From the NCBI RefSeq assembly GCF_009914755.1, contig NC_060940.1: DNA of 64,000 nt. One strand, given 5' to 3'. Origin of the DNA: the human T2T-CHM13v2.0 reference genome, Homo sapiens. How positions within the stretch are numbered: position 1 is the stretch's first letter; every line of letters starts with the position of its first letter. A model generated the notes under the pieces. The model was given only the letters and a program-made list of their open reading frames with translations, did no database searches and was not told where the DNA came from. Below are positions 22,151 to 52,779 of this stretch, in pieces. The position numbers were made by a program, and so were the translations under genes.

Positions 22151-23294
22151 GGCATGGGAATAATCTGAGTTGAATTGTTAAAAAATACTACACTCCCAGA
22201 CCCTGCATCGGAGATTTTGCAGCTTCAGGTCTTAGGATGGATGTGTAATGTTGATCAGTTTCCTCCAGGTGAACAACATAAGCAAACCAGCATTTGGGAA
22301 GCCCCAGAAAGAGACAGGAATAGGCCTTAGGGTTGGCAGCCGTGAAATCTGCCCCCTCATCCCTCATCCCTTCATCTCCCACCTCTGATTCTGGGGACTC
22401 TCTGTAGGGGATGTCTCTCTGCCTCCTGCCCTGGGAGTATGGTAGCCTATGTTTGCAGGAGCTGGTCTCCTTTCTAGCTGGCAGGTTCTGGCCCTTTAAG
22501 ACCTGGGAGGGGACAGGGCCAGGCTGGGCAGAGACAGTGACCACAGGTGCCAGGTGGTGAAGCTAAAAATACTGAGTGATGTGTCCGCCCAGGCTGCAGG
22601 AGCCAGTGCTGGCTGGGGAGGGTGGGACAGAAGGCTCTGGAGTGTTTCTTTGCTGCTGGAGGAGGGGCAGTGGGGCAATGAGGCTGGGTGGGGTCACCTT
22701 GGGGGCTTAGAGAAATCTGTGGCTGCCCCCAGCCAACCCCGCCCCGCCTCTCCCAGCCTTGCTCCAGCCCCTGGTAGGCTCCAGGATTCAGTCCTAGAAT
22801 AGCTGGCTGCCACGTTTAGCAGCCCTGGGCAGGCTAATTCTGGTGCATCCTGCTTCTGTGTGATCCTGGGGAAGTCACTTCTCTTTGGGTCTCTGCAAAA
22901 TTAAAGAGTTGGACTTTCTCAGGCATTTGTAGGGAAAGAAAGGCAACGAAGGGGGGCAGGTGACCAGTTCACTCCTTTGTGGATTCAGTACATTTTCCCT
23001 GAGGCTCCCTGGGGACTGGATGCTGAGGCCACTGCGATGAATGTGACACAGCCATGTCCCTGGAGGGGCTCACAGCCTAGTGAAGACAAAAACAACACAC
23101 GCTCGAACAGACAGCACAATGTGCTATAATAGAGGTGTGAGCACTGTGCCCTCGGCTTCTGTTGTGGGACAATGCAAGAGACAGCCCCACAGAAAACACA
23201 TCTGCATTTGATGAAAATTTGTCAGCAAACGCATCACCCACAGTAATGTTCACCAGCCACCTACATCTGGTGTTTTGATGTATTAATTAAGGTG

Positions 23295-23640
23295 AGGCAA
23301 GCTGTTGGAATAAATAAGCTTGGCAATCGTAATGGCTTAACACAGAAGAGCCTTATATTCTGGGTGTGTGTGTGTTTTGGGGTGGGGGTGGTGATGGAGG
23401 AGACTCTGCTCCACGTGATCTTTCAGGGATCCAGGCTCCTCTCATCTTGTAACTCTGTCATCACCCACGGCCACTGCTGGATCTTCTGCATCCAGCTTGC
23501 AGATGAAGAACAAGAGTGGAAACCACACATGAGGTTTTTATGAACCAAAGCTGGAAATGGCCTCCTTTACTTCTGCCCACATGCATTGGCCAGAACAGCT
23601 CATTGCAAGAAAAGCTGGGAAATATAGTCCCGTCTACATG
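23295..23640. mobile_element. Ancient LTR fragment (MLT1/LTR33-like)
   Basis: ACTTCTGCCCACATGCATTGGCCAGAAC..GCTGGGAAATATAGTCC motif. Confidence 0.5.
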
Positions 23641-23669
23641 AAAGCATCCAGTACATAATAGATGCCCAA

Positions 23670-26900
<3,231 letters not shown>

Positions 26901-26925
26901 GATAGTGAGTGGATTTTTAAAGGTG

Positions 26926-28075
<1,150 letters not shown>

Positions 28076-28079
28076 CATG

Positions 28080-35225
<7,146 letters not shown>

Positions 35226-35537
35226 AAAAAGAAAGGAATCATAGTGTTCCACACAGAGCTGTAAATAACGTTTCCACAATATGTAAACATTTCCAGTCTT
35301 ACCAATGTTATAATGCAACTGTAATGTGAGGGGGGATAGGATGTGGGAGTGGGTGGGAGAGGGAGTGGTTGGACATAAGGAGCTAAATCCTCTTCTCCCA
35401 AAGTGGGAGGTTGGTAAGGAATGCCTAAAACTGGAAAAGAAGCAATGTAAACATGGTATGTAGGAAATGTGGAGGTAAAAATGACTAATCACGAGCTAAA
35501 AGAGTTGAGATGGTTGTCCTTATGAAGTGGGAAAAGG

Positions 35538-36450
35538 GGCCGGGCGTGGTGGCTCACGCTGTAACCCCAGCACTTTGGGAGGCCGAGGCAGGAGGATCTC
35601 TAGAGGGCTGAAGTTCGAAACCAGCCTGGGCAATATAGTGAGACCCTCCCCCATCTCTACAAAAAATTACAAATTAGCCAGTCACTGGGGCTTGTGCCTG
35701 TGGTCCCAGCTACACAGGAGGCTGAGGCGGGAGGATTGCTACAGTGAGCCGTGATCACACCAATGCACACCAGCCTGGGTGACAGAGCGAGACTCCATCT
35801 CTTAAAAAATAAGTGAGAAATGGGGGTGAGGCTGCCCCTGTGCGTTGATTCTAAACAATGGGCATATCTAACTTGAATACAAATTAAAAGTATATTTTCT
35901 ATATGTATATAAGAAGAGAAGAAATAATAAGAACAAACAAAAGAGACTGGGAAGTTGCAGAGCAGAGAGAAGGAAGCCAGTTCCATCAAGAAGCTTTGTT
36001 CGGGGGCCCAGAAATGGCTCAAGACGTGGGTCAGGAGGAGACGCCAGAGCCTTGGTGCCCACGAGAAAGTCCTGGAAAAAGAATGAGGGGGTCCCGGTGC
36101 AGTGGCTCATGTCTGTAATTCCAGCACTTTGAGAGGCCAAGGCAGGTGGATCGTTTGAGCCCAGGAGTTCAAGACCAGCCTTGGCAACATGACGAAACCC
36201 TGAGTCTACAAAAAATAAGAAAATTAGCCAACCATGGTGCATACCTGTAGTAACAGCTACTCAGGAGGCTGAGGTGGGAGGATCGCTTAAGTCCAGGAGT
36301 TAGAGGCTGCAGTGAGCTATCACTGCACCACTGCACTCCAGCACTCTGGCCTGGGTGACAGAGGAAGACCCTGTCTCAAAAAAAAGGAAGGAAGGAAGGA
36401 AGGAACGAAGGAAGGAAGGAAAGGGTAAAGAAAAAGAAAAAGAAAGAATG
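35538..36450 (+). mobile_element. AluJ elements (35538-35812, 36090-36385) and a (GAAG)n tail
   Basis: Alu consensus; purine microsatellite ~36385-36450. Confidence 0.85.
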
Positions 36451-36454
36451 AGGA

Positions 36455-37700
<1,246 letters not shown>

Positions 37701-37886
37701 CTGAGGTTTGTACCCCACAAACCTAAAGATGGTGAGAGAGGAAACGGATTCATTTGCTCTGGGGTGTGGCTGCGTGGGGACTTTTGAAAGCTCCCCGGAG
37801 TTTGAGAACCACGGTGTAAACATAGAGACAGAGAGAGAGAGAGAGAAAAAAAAAAGACAACAGGGGAGTAACAAGAAGGCACTCTA

Positions 37887-38018
<132 letters not shown>

Positions 38019-38338
38019 TTAGCCGAGCATGGTAGTGCTCGTCTGTAGTCCTGAGGCAAGAGGATCGCATGAGCCCAGGAGGTGGAAGCTGCAGTGAGCC
38101 ATGATCACACCTCTGCACTCCAGCCTGGGCGACAGTGAGACCCTTTCTCCAAAATACAAATTTTAAAAGGTACTCTGGGGCTGGCACAGACCGGGGACCT
38201 CGAGTGGACCAGCTGGGGAGGGGATTCATGTCCTGGGTTGTGGGCGATCAGAAGATGGAAATGTCGTGGTCTTGCCCTCGAGAACCAGATAGAACAGAGA
38301 CAGAGACAGAGCGCGCGCCGCGGTCCCTCAGATCGTCC

Positions 38339-38371
38339 TGCACTACGGCGAAACGGCCACTAGAGGGCGTG
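38339..38371 (+). promoter_or_regulatory. CTCF binding site with upstream (U) motif, inside a small CpG-rich patch (~38180-38740)
   Basis: Core GGCCACTAGAGGGCG at 38355-38369 matches CCASYAGRKGGC exactly; TGCACTACG at 38339-38347. Confidence 0.85.
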
Positions 38372-39554
38372 TTGTGCTCACATATGCGGACCGGCCGGCA
38401 AGCGGCGGATTCCGCGGACAAAGTCTCTTGTTTAGCCACAGAACCCTGGGCTTGGCCCCAGGCCCGCTACGTCCGGGCCGTGTGGCCTCAGCCAGGTTAC
38501 ACAAAAGCTCTGTGACCCTGTTTGGTCAGCCATAAAATGGGCACAGCTATAAGTCCGACCTTCTAAGGTGGTGTGAGGATGCCCGAGGCCACGCAGGCAG
38601 AGCAGCGTCCAGTGGGGAACGAATGGCCCCGCGAGAAGGGGAGGCTTCGCCATGGCCTCCGTCTCTCTCCGCTTCTCCTGCAGCTCCTCCGCCCAGCCCT
38701 CCCCAGGCCACATCCGGTCCCGGGAGAGAGACTGAGATCGACTTTGGGGCAGGGGAGAGCAGGGGGAGGTAGGCAGTGTCTAGGACAGGGAAAGAGAGGA
38801 GGCAGCCACCTCCCTCACCCCACCCCACCTCACCCACCCCGCCTTTGTTTTAGAGGCAGGATCCTGCTCTGTCACCCAGGCTGGAGTGCAGTGTCCTGAT
38901 CCTGGCTCACTGCATCCTCAGCCTCCCAGGCTCAAGCGATCCTCCTGCCTCAGTCTTCTGAGTAGCTGGGACTACAGGCAGGTGTCACCACGCCTGAGAA
39001 ATTTTTAATTATTATTTTATTTTATTCTATTCTATTTTATTTATTTATTTATCTTATTTTGAGACAGAGTCTTACTCCATCACCCAGGCTGAGTTCAATG
39101 GCGCGATCTCAGCCCCAGTTTGAAATTCTTAATAATTTCATCTTTGAATTTGTAAGGGGAGTCTGATGGGCCGGTGGGGCATGTGCCCAGGCCTTGGAGC
39201 CCCTGCCTCATACCAGGCATGATCACACTCCGACCACCTCCCATAGGCAGGTTCTCAGCCAACTACTCACCCCGACAACAGTCACCACTGCTGCCGTTTG
39301 TCCCCAGCCAGGGGCCTGGGTGAGGGCAGGATCGGTGTCAGGTGTACAGCGACATGGTCCAGGCACCTGTGAGGTCTGCACTTGCCCCATCAACCTCCCT
39401 GTGCCCAAAGGAGCATGACATTAGAAAGGAAAAAAGGGCCAGCCGTGGTGGCTCATGCCTGTAATCTCAGCACTTTGGGAGGCCAAGGCGGGTGGATCAC
39501 TTGAGGTCAGGAGTTCAAGACTAGCCTGACCAACATGGTCAAACCCGCTCTCTA

Positions 39555-39698
<144 letters not shown>

Positions 39699-40607
39699 TC
39701 AAAAAAAAAAAAAAAAAGGAAAGGAAATAAAAAACACCATCACACAGCTGGGCGCTATGGCTCATGCCTGTGGTCCCAGCACTTTGGGAGTCTGAGGTGG
39801 GAGGATCACTTGAGCCCCAAAGTTCGAGGCTGCAGTGAGGTATGATTGCACCACTGCACTCCAGCCTGGGACAACAGAGCAAGATCTGGTCTCTAAAAAA
39901 CAAAACCAAAAAAAAAAAAAAAAAAAAAACCACCATCACAGGCTGGGAGAAAGAGACTGAGGGAGAAAGGAAGAAGCTTTTGTTTCTGCTCTCAGAAATA
40001 AGAGGCCCCACGTTTAAATTTCTCTGGGTCCCGCATTCTGTCACGGGCACAGGTTCAACTACTTTCACCTCGAAAACTGTCAGTGCTCCATCATGGGAGC
40101 CGTGGTTATTTAGTATCCTATGGTTAGAGAGAAACAGGACAAGCAAGACAAAGCCCAGGGGCCCCAGGGACAGCTGGTGGCCTTCGAGGTGACTGGTGCC
40201 AGGCCTGGAGACCACATTCCCCTGCCCTCCCCAGGATCCTGAGTCCAGGGTCGGCACTGAGGGCAGCAGGCTGGGGATGAGCCCCTTCCTCCCCGGACCT
40301 CAGTTGTCCCACTGTGCATGGGGAGGCGGCCGGCTTCCAGCAGGGACAGCGGGTGAGGACGTCTTTGTAAACTGAAGCACGGGGGGACATGTGGGCAACA
40401 GCGATGGTTCTTGACCTGCCAGAGATTGCCATGGTTGCTCTGAAGGGTCCCAGAGTCAGGGGCTCAATTGCTAGGTTTATTTATTTATTTATTTTGAGCA
40501 GAGTCTTGCTCTATTGACCACGCTGGAATACAGTGGCACAAACATAGCTCACTGAAACCTCAAACTCCTGGCTCAATCTGGCCACCATGCCTCCCTAATT
40601 TGAAAAA

Positions 40608-40610
<3 letters not shown>

Positions 40611-40697
<87 letters not shown>

Positions 40698-40887
40698 ATA
40701 TATACATATATATATACATATATGTATATATACGTATACGCATATACATATATACATATATACGTATATATCTGTATATATACGTATATATGTACATACA
40801 TATGTATACATATATATGCACATATATGTATATAATATATATATACGTACATATGTATATATATATATAAAATATATATATATATAT
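40611..40887. repeat. Compound (TA)n(TG)n plus degenerate (TATACA/TATG)n microsatellite in an Alu linker
   Basis: ~277 bp of almost uninterrupted purine-pyrimidine alternation. Confidence 0.95.
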
Positions 40888-41155
40888 TTGTTTGTTTCAG
40901 AGATGGGATCTCACTATGTTGCCCAGCCTGGTCTTGAACTCCTGGCCTCAGGCAGTCTTCCTGCCTTGGCCTCTCAAAATGCTGGAATTACAGGCATGAG
41001 CCACCACGCCCAGCCCAGGACTCAATTTCTACCCCCATTCCTTGAAATGTTCAAAGAGGGTCCAGCTTTAACCCCCTAAGGATGGCTGACAAGGGATGGG
41101 GCCTCAGTGGTGACTTCAGTCCCAGGTGTGGATATCCTCTATGGCCCTACTGTGA

Positions 41156-41422
<267 letters not shown>

Positions 41423-41715
41423 TGATCCACCTGCCTCAGCCTCCCAAAGTGCTGGGATTACAGGCATGAGCCGCCCACGCCTGGCTCCTGACAACAAGTT
41501 CAAACCAGACTCTGGGGGTAGCTACAGGTCTTGGTAGTGATCTCAGTGGCCTTAGACCCAGTGGCGACCTTGGTGACCTCAGACCTTGGTGGTGTCCTCA
41601 GACAGACCCTGGTAACAGCAGGGAGGCACCTGGCATCTCATTCCCCTCCTTCCATCCTGGCTGAGCCTCCATCTCTCCCCAGCCACTAGGATTTGAGCCA
41701 TCCCCCTGGATCCAC

Positions 41716-41782
41716 TTAATTAGCTGAGCTCATTAACTCCCACAAGACTTCTCCTCCCCTCCTAATTAACTGACTTAATTAG
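41716..41782. promoter_or_regulatory. Homeodomain site cluster with palindrome CTAATTAA-N5-TTAATTAG
   Basis: TTAATTAG 41716, CATTAA 41731, CTAATTAA 41762 and TTAATTAG 41775, in otherwise GC-rich unique DNA. Confidence 0.55.
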
Positions 41783-42099
41783 GGCTTGCAGGCCCAGCTC
41801 CTCCCAGCCCCCTCCTGCTCCACCCCAGCCTGCCTCCTCCGGGCCAGCTCAGCCAAGCCTCCCTCAGCCTGGGATTGGAGCCAGGTGTGAACTGGGCCCC
41901 TCCAGCACCCAGGCCTCCACCCTGTGTCCCTCCCCGAGTCCCGGGACACCAGGACAGTGCCCCTCCCAGGCAGCAACCCAGAGTCAGGATGGAAATGGGG
42001 ACGGGAGGTGGATGGAGAGAGGGATGGAATCGGGATAAAATGGAATCGGGTGGGAGGAAGAGGTAAGGCTGGCAGCTGATGGACAGGCTGGGTGGCAGG

Positions 42100-43768
<1,669 letters not shown>

Positions 43769-43789
43769 CATACTCCCACATTTTTAAAC

Positions 43790-44776
43790 CCTTTATTTCT
43801 GGGGGGTTGTATGTGACAGAGACCAAAGTCCAACTGACTTAAGCACAAAAAGGACTTGAGTGGGTCATGTAACTGAAAAGTTCGGAGTTTCAGGCATAGC
43901 TGGATCAAGGGGATCAAACGATGACAAGGATTCTCTCTTTACCTCTCTTGGCTCTGCCGTCTGCTGTGTTGGCCTCCTCCTCTGAGGGGTTCTTCCTGCT
44001 TGCGGCAACTCCAGGCTTACATCCTACTGCTTTTCAGCGCCATAGAAAGACAGCTTCTATCCTACCAGCCTGGCTCAGGGAACAGACCAATCTCAGAAAC
44101 AATTGCTAAGGCCATGGGGGTGTTATACACTGATCAGTGGGGGCTGGGTCACAAGTCCTCCCCTACAGTCGAACAAGTGAACCCCACCATTGGAACCCCT
44201 AATGGGTAGGGAAGGATGTATCAGGGAATGTGGGTACCCAGAGGAAACGGGGGTTCTGTTACCAGGTAGAGGACAGAGGCTGTGTAACAGAGGAATATGT
44301 GGGCATCATGCCAGACCCAGCTGGTCACTGTTCTAAGTGCTAGAAATTGGTGGCAGACATGTCATTTCCCCACCCCTTCCCCACTCCGACCTGCCAGCAT
44401 CCTCATCTCTTTTTCCCAGGGTCTTCTCTGGCCTCAGCCTGCTCTGCTGGCATCCAGAGTGCTGCCTCCCCTCCTCCCCACTGCCCCAGCAGCTCTCCCC
44501 GGTGACTGACAGGCAGAGTATCAATACCCCAGCTCCTTTGCCTTTGGATGCAGTAACCCTGAGCAGCGTGTTGTACGCTGTCTCTGTGAGCTCCTCAGTG
44601 GGGTTCACCTCCCATTGCCCACGGTGGTGACTGAGTTGGTAACACGACGCTTGTCGCTGTCTTCCTGTCTCACCCACCGACCCACCACTCCACTACCTGG
44701 GATCACCTACCAAACAAACTACTTGCTTTAGAATCCTTGTCTCAGGGTCAGTTTCTGGGAAACCCAAACTAGGACA
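43790..44776. mobile_element. MLT1-like LTR fragment (43790-44290) and LTR16-like ERVL LTR (+, ~44320-44776)
   Basis: LTR16-type terminus TCCTTGTCTCAGGGTCAGTTTCTGGGAAACCCAAACTAGGACA. Confidence 0.65.
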
Positions 44777-45196
44777 TCATTAAAGCCAGCCCCCTAGGGA
44801 TGTGTTCCAGACAGCACTTGTTTCCTGCCAAATGTCTCCGATTCCTGGGGCTGGTTTTGCTGACCCATGCCTGTGGAGGAGCTGGGATGGAGCCAGCTCG
44901 GAGAATCCTGCCTCCTTCTGGGAAGTCCAGGGGATGCCCCCTGCTCCCCCAGCACACACCCCCATGGGCATGGGCGGGGTCAGGACCCATCAGATCCTTG
45001 TTGCATAGCTTCCAGGGGCAATGGCCTCGTCCCAGTCCTAAGGAGCCCAGCACCCAGAGCCATCGTGAGCAGGAGGTCAGGGTGGCGGGGCCCAGGGAGC
45101 CAAACTTGCTACCTAATCCTAGTGCTTCTCAGAGTGTGAGAGAGGAGGGCATTTCCAGTTGTTCTCAGACCAGGCTTTAGAAAACAGAAATAATCA

Positions 45197-48470
<3,274 letters not shown>

Positions 48471-48495
48471 CCACTTCTGTGCCTCTCTTCAGATG

Positions 48496-49470
48496 TGTTG
48501 TGTTGGTTCCATCCTCTGAGAAGCAGGCAAGGTGGGCCAGATGTGCAAATGATTTATTGAGGAAAACCCTTGGGAGGGACCAAGAAGGAGGGAGGAAGAG
48601 GAAGCTGGGAAGATCATCAGACTGTACTAGATCTAACACGTGGAAAAGAGAGACAGAAGGAAGGATGATGGGAGAGGAAGAGTCTTCAACTGCAGTGCAG
48701 TGAGAAAGTTTTTACAAAGTCAAGGGGGAGTCCTTGATCCAAAGCTGCCTGTTCGAGGAGTCCTGTGTCTCCACGAACAGACGCGCCTTAGTTCTTTGGC
48801 TGGGATCAGCTCGTGGGAAGCAAACCAGAGCCTTCCTGTGTGAACCACAGATGGGTTTCACAGCTGCTGCCCTTGGTCAATGACTTTTCCTGAAGTCAGA
48901 GGTCTGAATGGCACATTTTCAGGGCCGTCACCTTCCATCCCTTGCACTACTCAGCTCTACCATGGATCCTGTGAGCCTCTCTTTCTATGGGAAAACTTTG
49001 AAGAGGGAGATTAGTGGAACATGCTAGAGCCCCCGCCTCCTTGCTGCAGTTATCGAGAGGCCATAACCAGCGCTTGTTCTTTCTTTCTTCACTATCCATT
49101 CTAAATTATCCACACTCTCCACCGTCGCCTTGGCAGGCCTTGGTGGGTTACCTGGTGATGTGACCCGACCCTTCAGTCCTGAGGGACCTAAATTATTGGT
49201 TATTGTAACCCATGGATCACTGGATTCCCATATATTCCTCCTTGTCCTCCCACTGTAAAAGCAGCCCTGCCCTCTCTGCTGACCAGGGTCAGTTAGTGCA
49301 GCCATGCTGGTGCCCTCTCTTCTCACCTGCTGGTCCCAGAACACATGGAGTCCAAAGTTTCCCAGCCCCGGCCACAGCTTAAATTTAATGGGACCCATGC
49401 TGTGTCCCCTGGCTAGAGCATACCCTCTTTGGGGACCAGGACTTCCCTCCCTGTAGAACTGAGAGGGAGT
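48496..49470 (-). mobile_element. ERVL proviral remnant: dUTPase/3' pol region (49470-48945), polypurine tract and 3' LTR (~48931-48496)
   Basis: Minus ORF 49024-49398 (..KLWPGLGNFGL..DQQ..; RVTSPGNPPRPAKATVESVDNLEWIVKKE..RRRGL) resembles the ERVL dUTPase and C-terminal pol. PPT AAGGGATGGAAGG precedes the TG of the LTR. Confidence 0.7.
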
Positions 49471-49485
49471 CGGGAGGGGGACTTA

Positions 49486-49536
49486 ATTACCCACAATGCA
49501 TGCCAGCAAACCTTTACTAACTGCACTATGGGTAAT
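49486..49536. promoter_or_regulatory. Inverted pair of ZNF143 (Staf/SBS) motifs
   Basis: TACCCACAATGCAT (+, 49488-49501) and TACCCATAGTGCA (-, 49534-49522). Confidence 0.55.
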
Positions 49537-50021
49537 CAAAGCCCCAGATAAGGAATCAGGGAAGGTTTCCGCAGAAGGTGGCCTTGAACTGGGCAACCCT
49601 TGATTAACTGTGGCTAGGGGCACTGCAAAGCTTGATTTGACTCCTCCCCTCTCTAGGTCTGTTTCTTCCTCTGCAAAAAGAGGAAAGTGCTCTCTAAGTG
49701 CTAACATTCTGAGACTCAGCTTTTAGACACAGAATGTTTTCTTCCTGCTTTCTCCCTCTCCAGCCCCCTCTTCTGCACACCCAATAACTCAAATCCCTCT
49801 ATTAGTTTATTTACGGCACTAAGGCCTTGGAGAGGATTAGAACAAAGTTAGAATGAAATCCGAAACTCCTCTACATTGGCAGGACAAGGAGTGTGGGAGA
49901 GGAAGGGAAGACACAGAGTTCTTAGAAGAGAACTTGTTTGGAAAACAAGGAGGAAGGGAAAGGTGTTCCAGACAGAGGAAACCGAGTAGACAAAGGCGTG
50001 GAGGTATCAAAAGCAGATGTC

Positions 50022-51620
<1,599 letters not shown>

Positions 51621-51709
51621 TCCTAAAGCTCTGGAAACAGTCGGGAGTGGCTGGGAGGATTACGCTGGGTTGAGAAAACAGCCTGATCAAAAACTTAGAA
51701 GAAATAGGG

Positions 51710-52114
51710 GCAGTCATAAAAAATGATGAGTTCATGTCCTTTGTAGGGACATGGATGAAGCTGGAAACCATCATTCTCAGCAAACTATCGCAAGGACAAA
51801 AAACCAAACACCGCATGTTCTCACTCATAGGTGGGAATTGAACAAAGAGAACACATGGACACAGGAAGGGGAACATCACACACCAGGGACTGTTGTGGGG
51901 TGGGGGGAAGGGGGAGGGATAGCATTAGGAGATATACCTAATGCTAAATGACGAGTTAATGGGTGCAGCACACCAACATGGCACACGTATACATACGTAA
52001 CAAACCTGCATGTTGTGCATATGTACCCTAAAACTTAAAGTATAATAATAATTAAAAAAAAGAATGAAAAAGAAATGCTTTTGAAGCTTGAAGCTAAAAA
52101 AACAAAAAAAAAGA
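51710..52114 (+). mobile_element. 5'-truncated young L1PA (about PA3-PA4) 3' end with a short 3' transduction
   Basis: Near-consensus L1PA 3'UTR; TSD AAGAAATAGGG at 51699-51709 and 52115-52125; two A-tails. Confidence 0.9.
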
Positions 52115-52504
52115 AAGAAATAGGGAAGGCGTCCTATTGGGGCTTTCTCACTAGGGAAAGAGTGAGCTGCAGGGAGGAGAAAGAACAGGGCCTGGAAGGA
52201 CGAGCTGTCCCTATCTCATCTCTGTCCCCATCCACCCACTTCATCCAGGCCACCAATTTCCGGTTATCAAACAGACAATGCAACATCCCTTACACCTGCT
52301 GTACCTCTGCCTAGAATCTCCTTTCTTCCCTTCTATCCGGCGAGCAGTTCCTCCCAGCTGCACTCCTGGACTAGTCACTGCCTATTTGCAGCAGGGATCG
52401 CAAAGGCGACCTCAGTTGGATAGGGCAACCACCCAGGCCCAAGTTTATGACCTCTTCCCCAAGAAGACTGTGAGTTCTCTGACGTCTCGCTGGAAATAGG
52501 ATGC

Positions 52505-52552
52505 ATGGATGGATGGATGGATGGATGGACGGACGGATGGATGGATGGATGG
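52505..52552 (+). repeat. (GGAT)n/(GGAC)n tetranucleotide microsatellite
   Basis: Direct reading. Confidence 0.95.
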
Positions 52553-52779
52553 AAGCGCAGGCAGGCAGGCGGACGCATGGATGAATGAAATGCATATCCG
52601 AATGCAGAACCTGGATTTGTTTTCCCTCCTTCAAACACACACAGGCTCCGCCCCACTAGCACAGACCGGGACAGTCTGGGGCAGTCTCGTCCCGCAGGGC
52701 CCAGAAAGCTGGACCAGGTGACCCTCTCAGACTCCCCCGAGTCCTCTGTAACCTCGTTCTCGCCCCCTCGTGGGCTCTG

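Noticed and set aside
38528-38552. CArG-like CCATAAAATGG and TATA-like CTATAAG as a lncRNA promoter
   Set aside because: The CArG has 7 rather than 6 A/T bases, and no downstream exon or donor can be supported from sequence alone
40560-41079. Multiple Tyr/Ile/Cys/Val-rich ORFs
   Set aside because: Translations of a dinucleotide microsatellite
49024-49398. 124-aa ORF as a functional dUTPase or domesticated gene
   Set aside because: Only patchy ERVL similarity with apparent frameshifts and deletions; a decayed provirus
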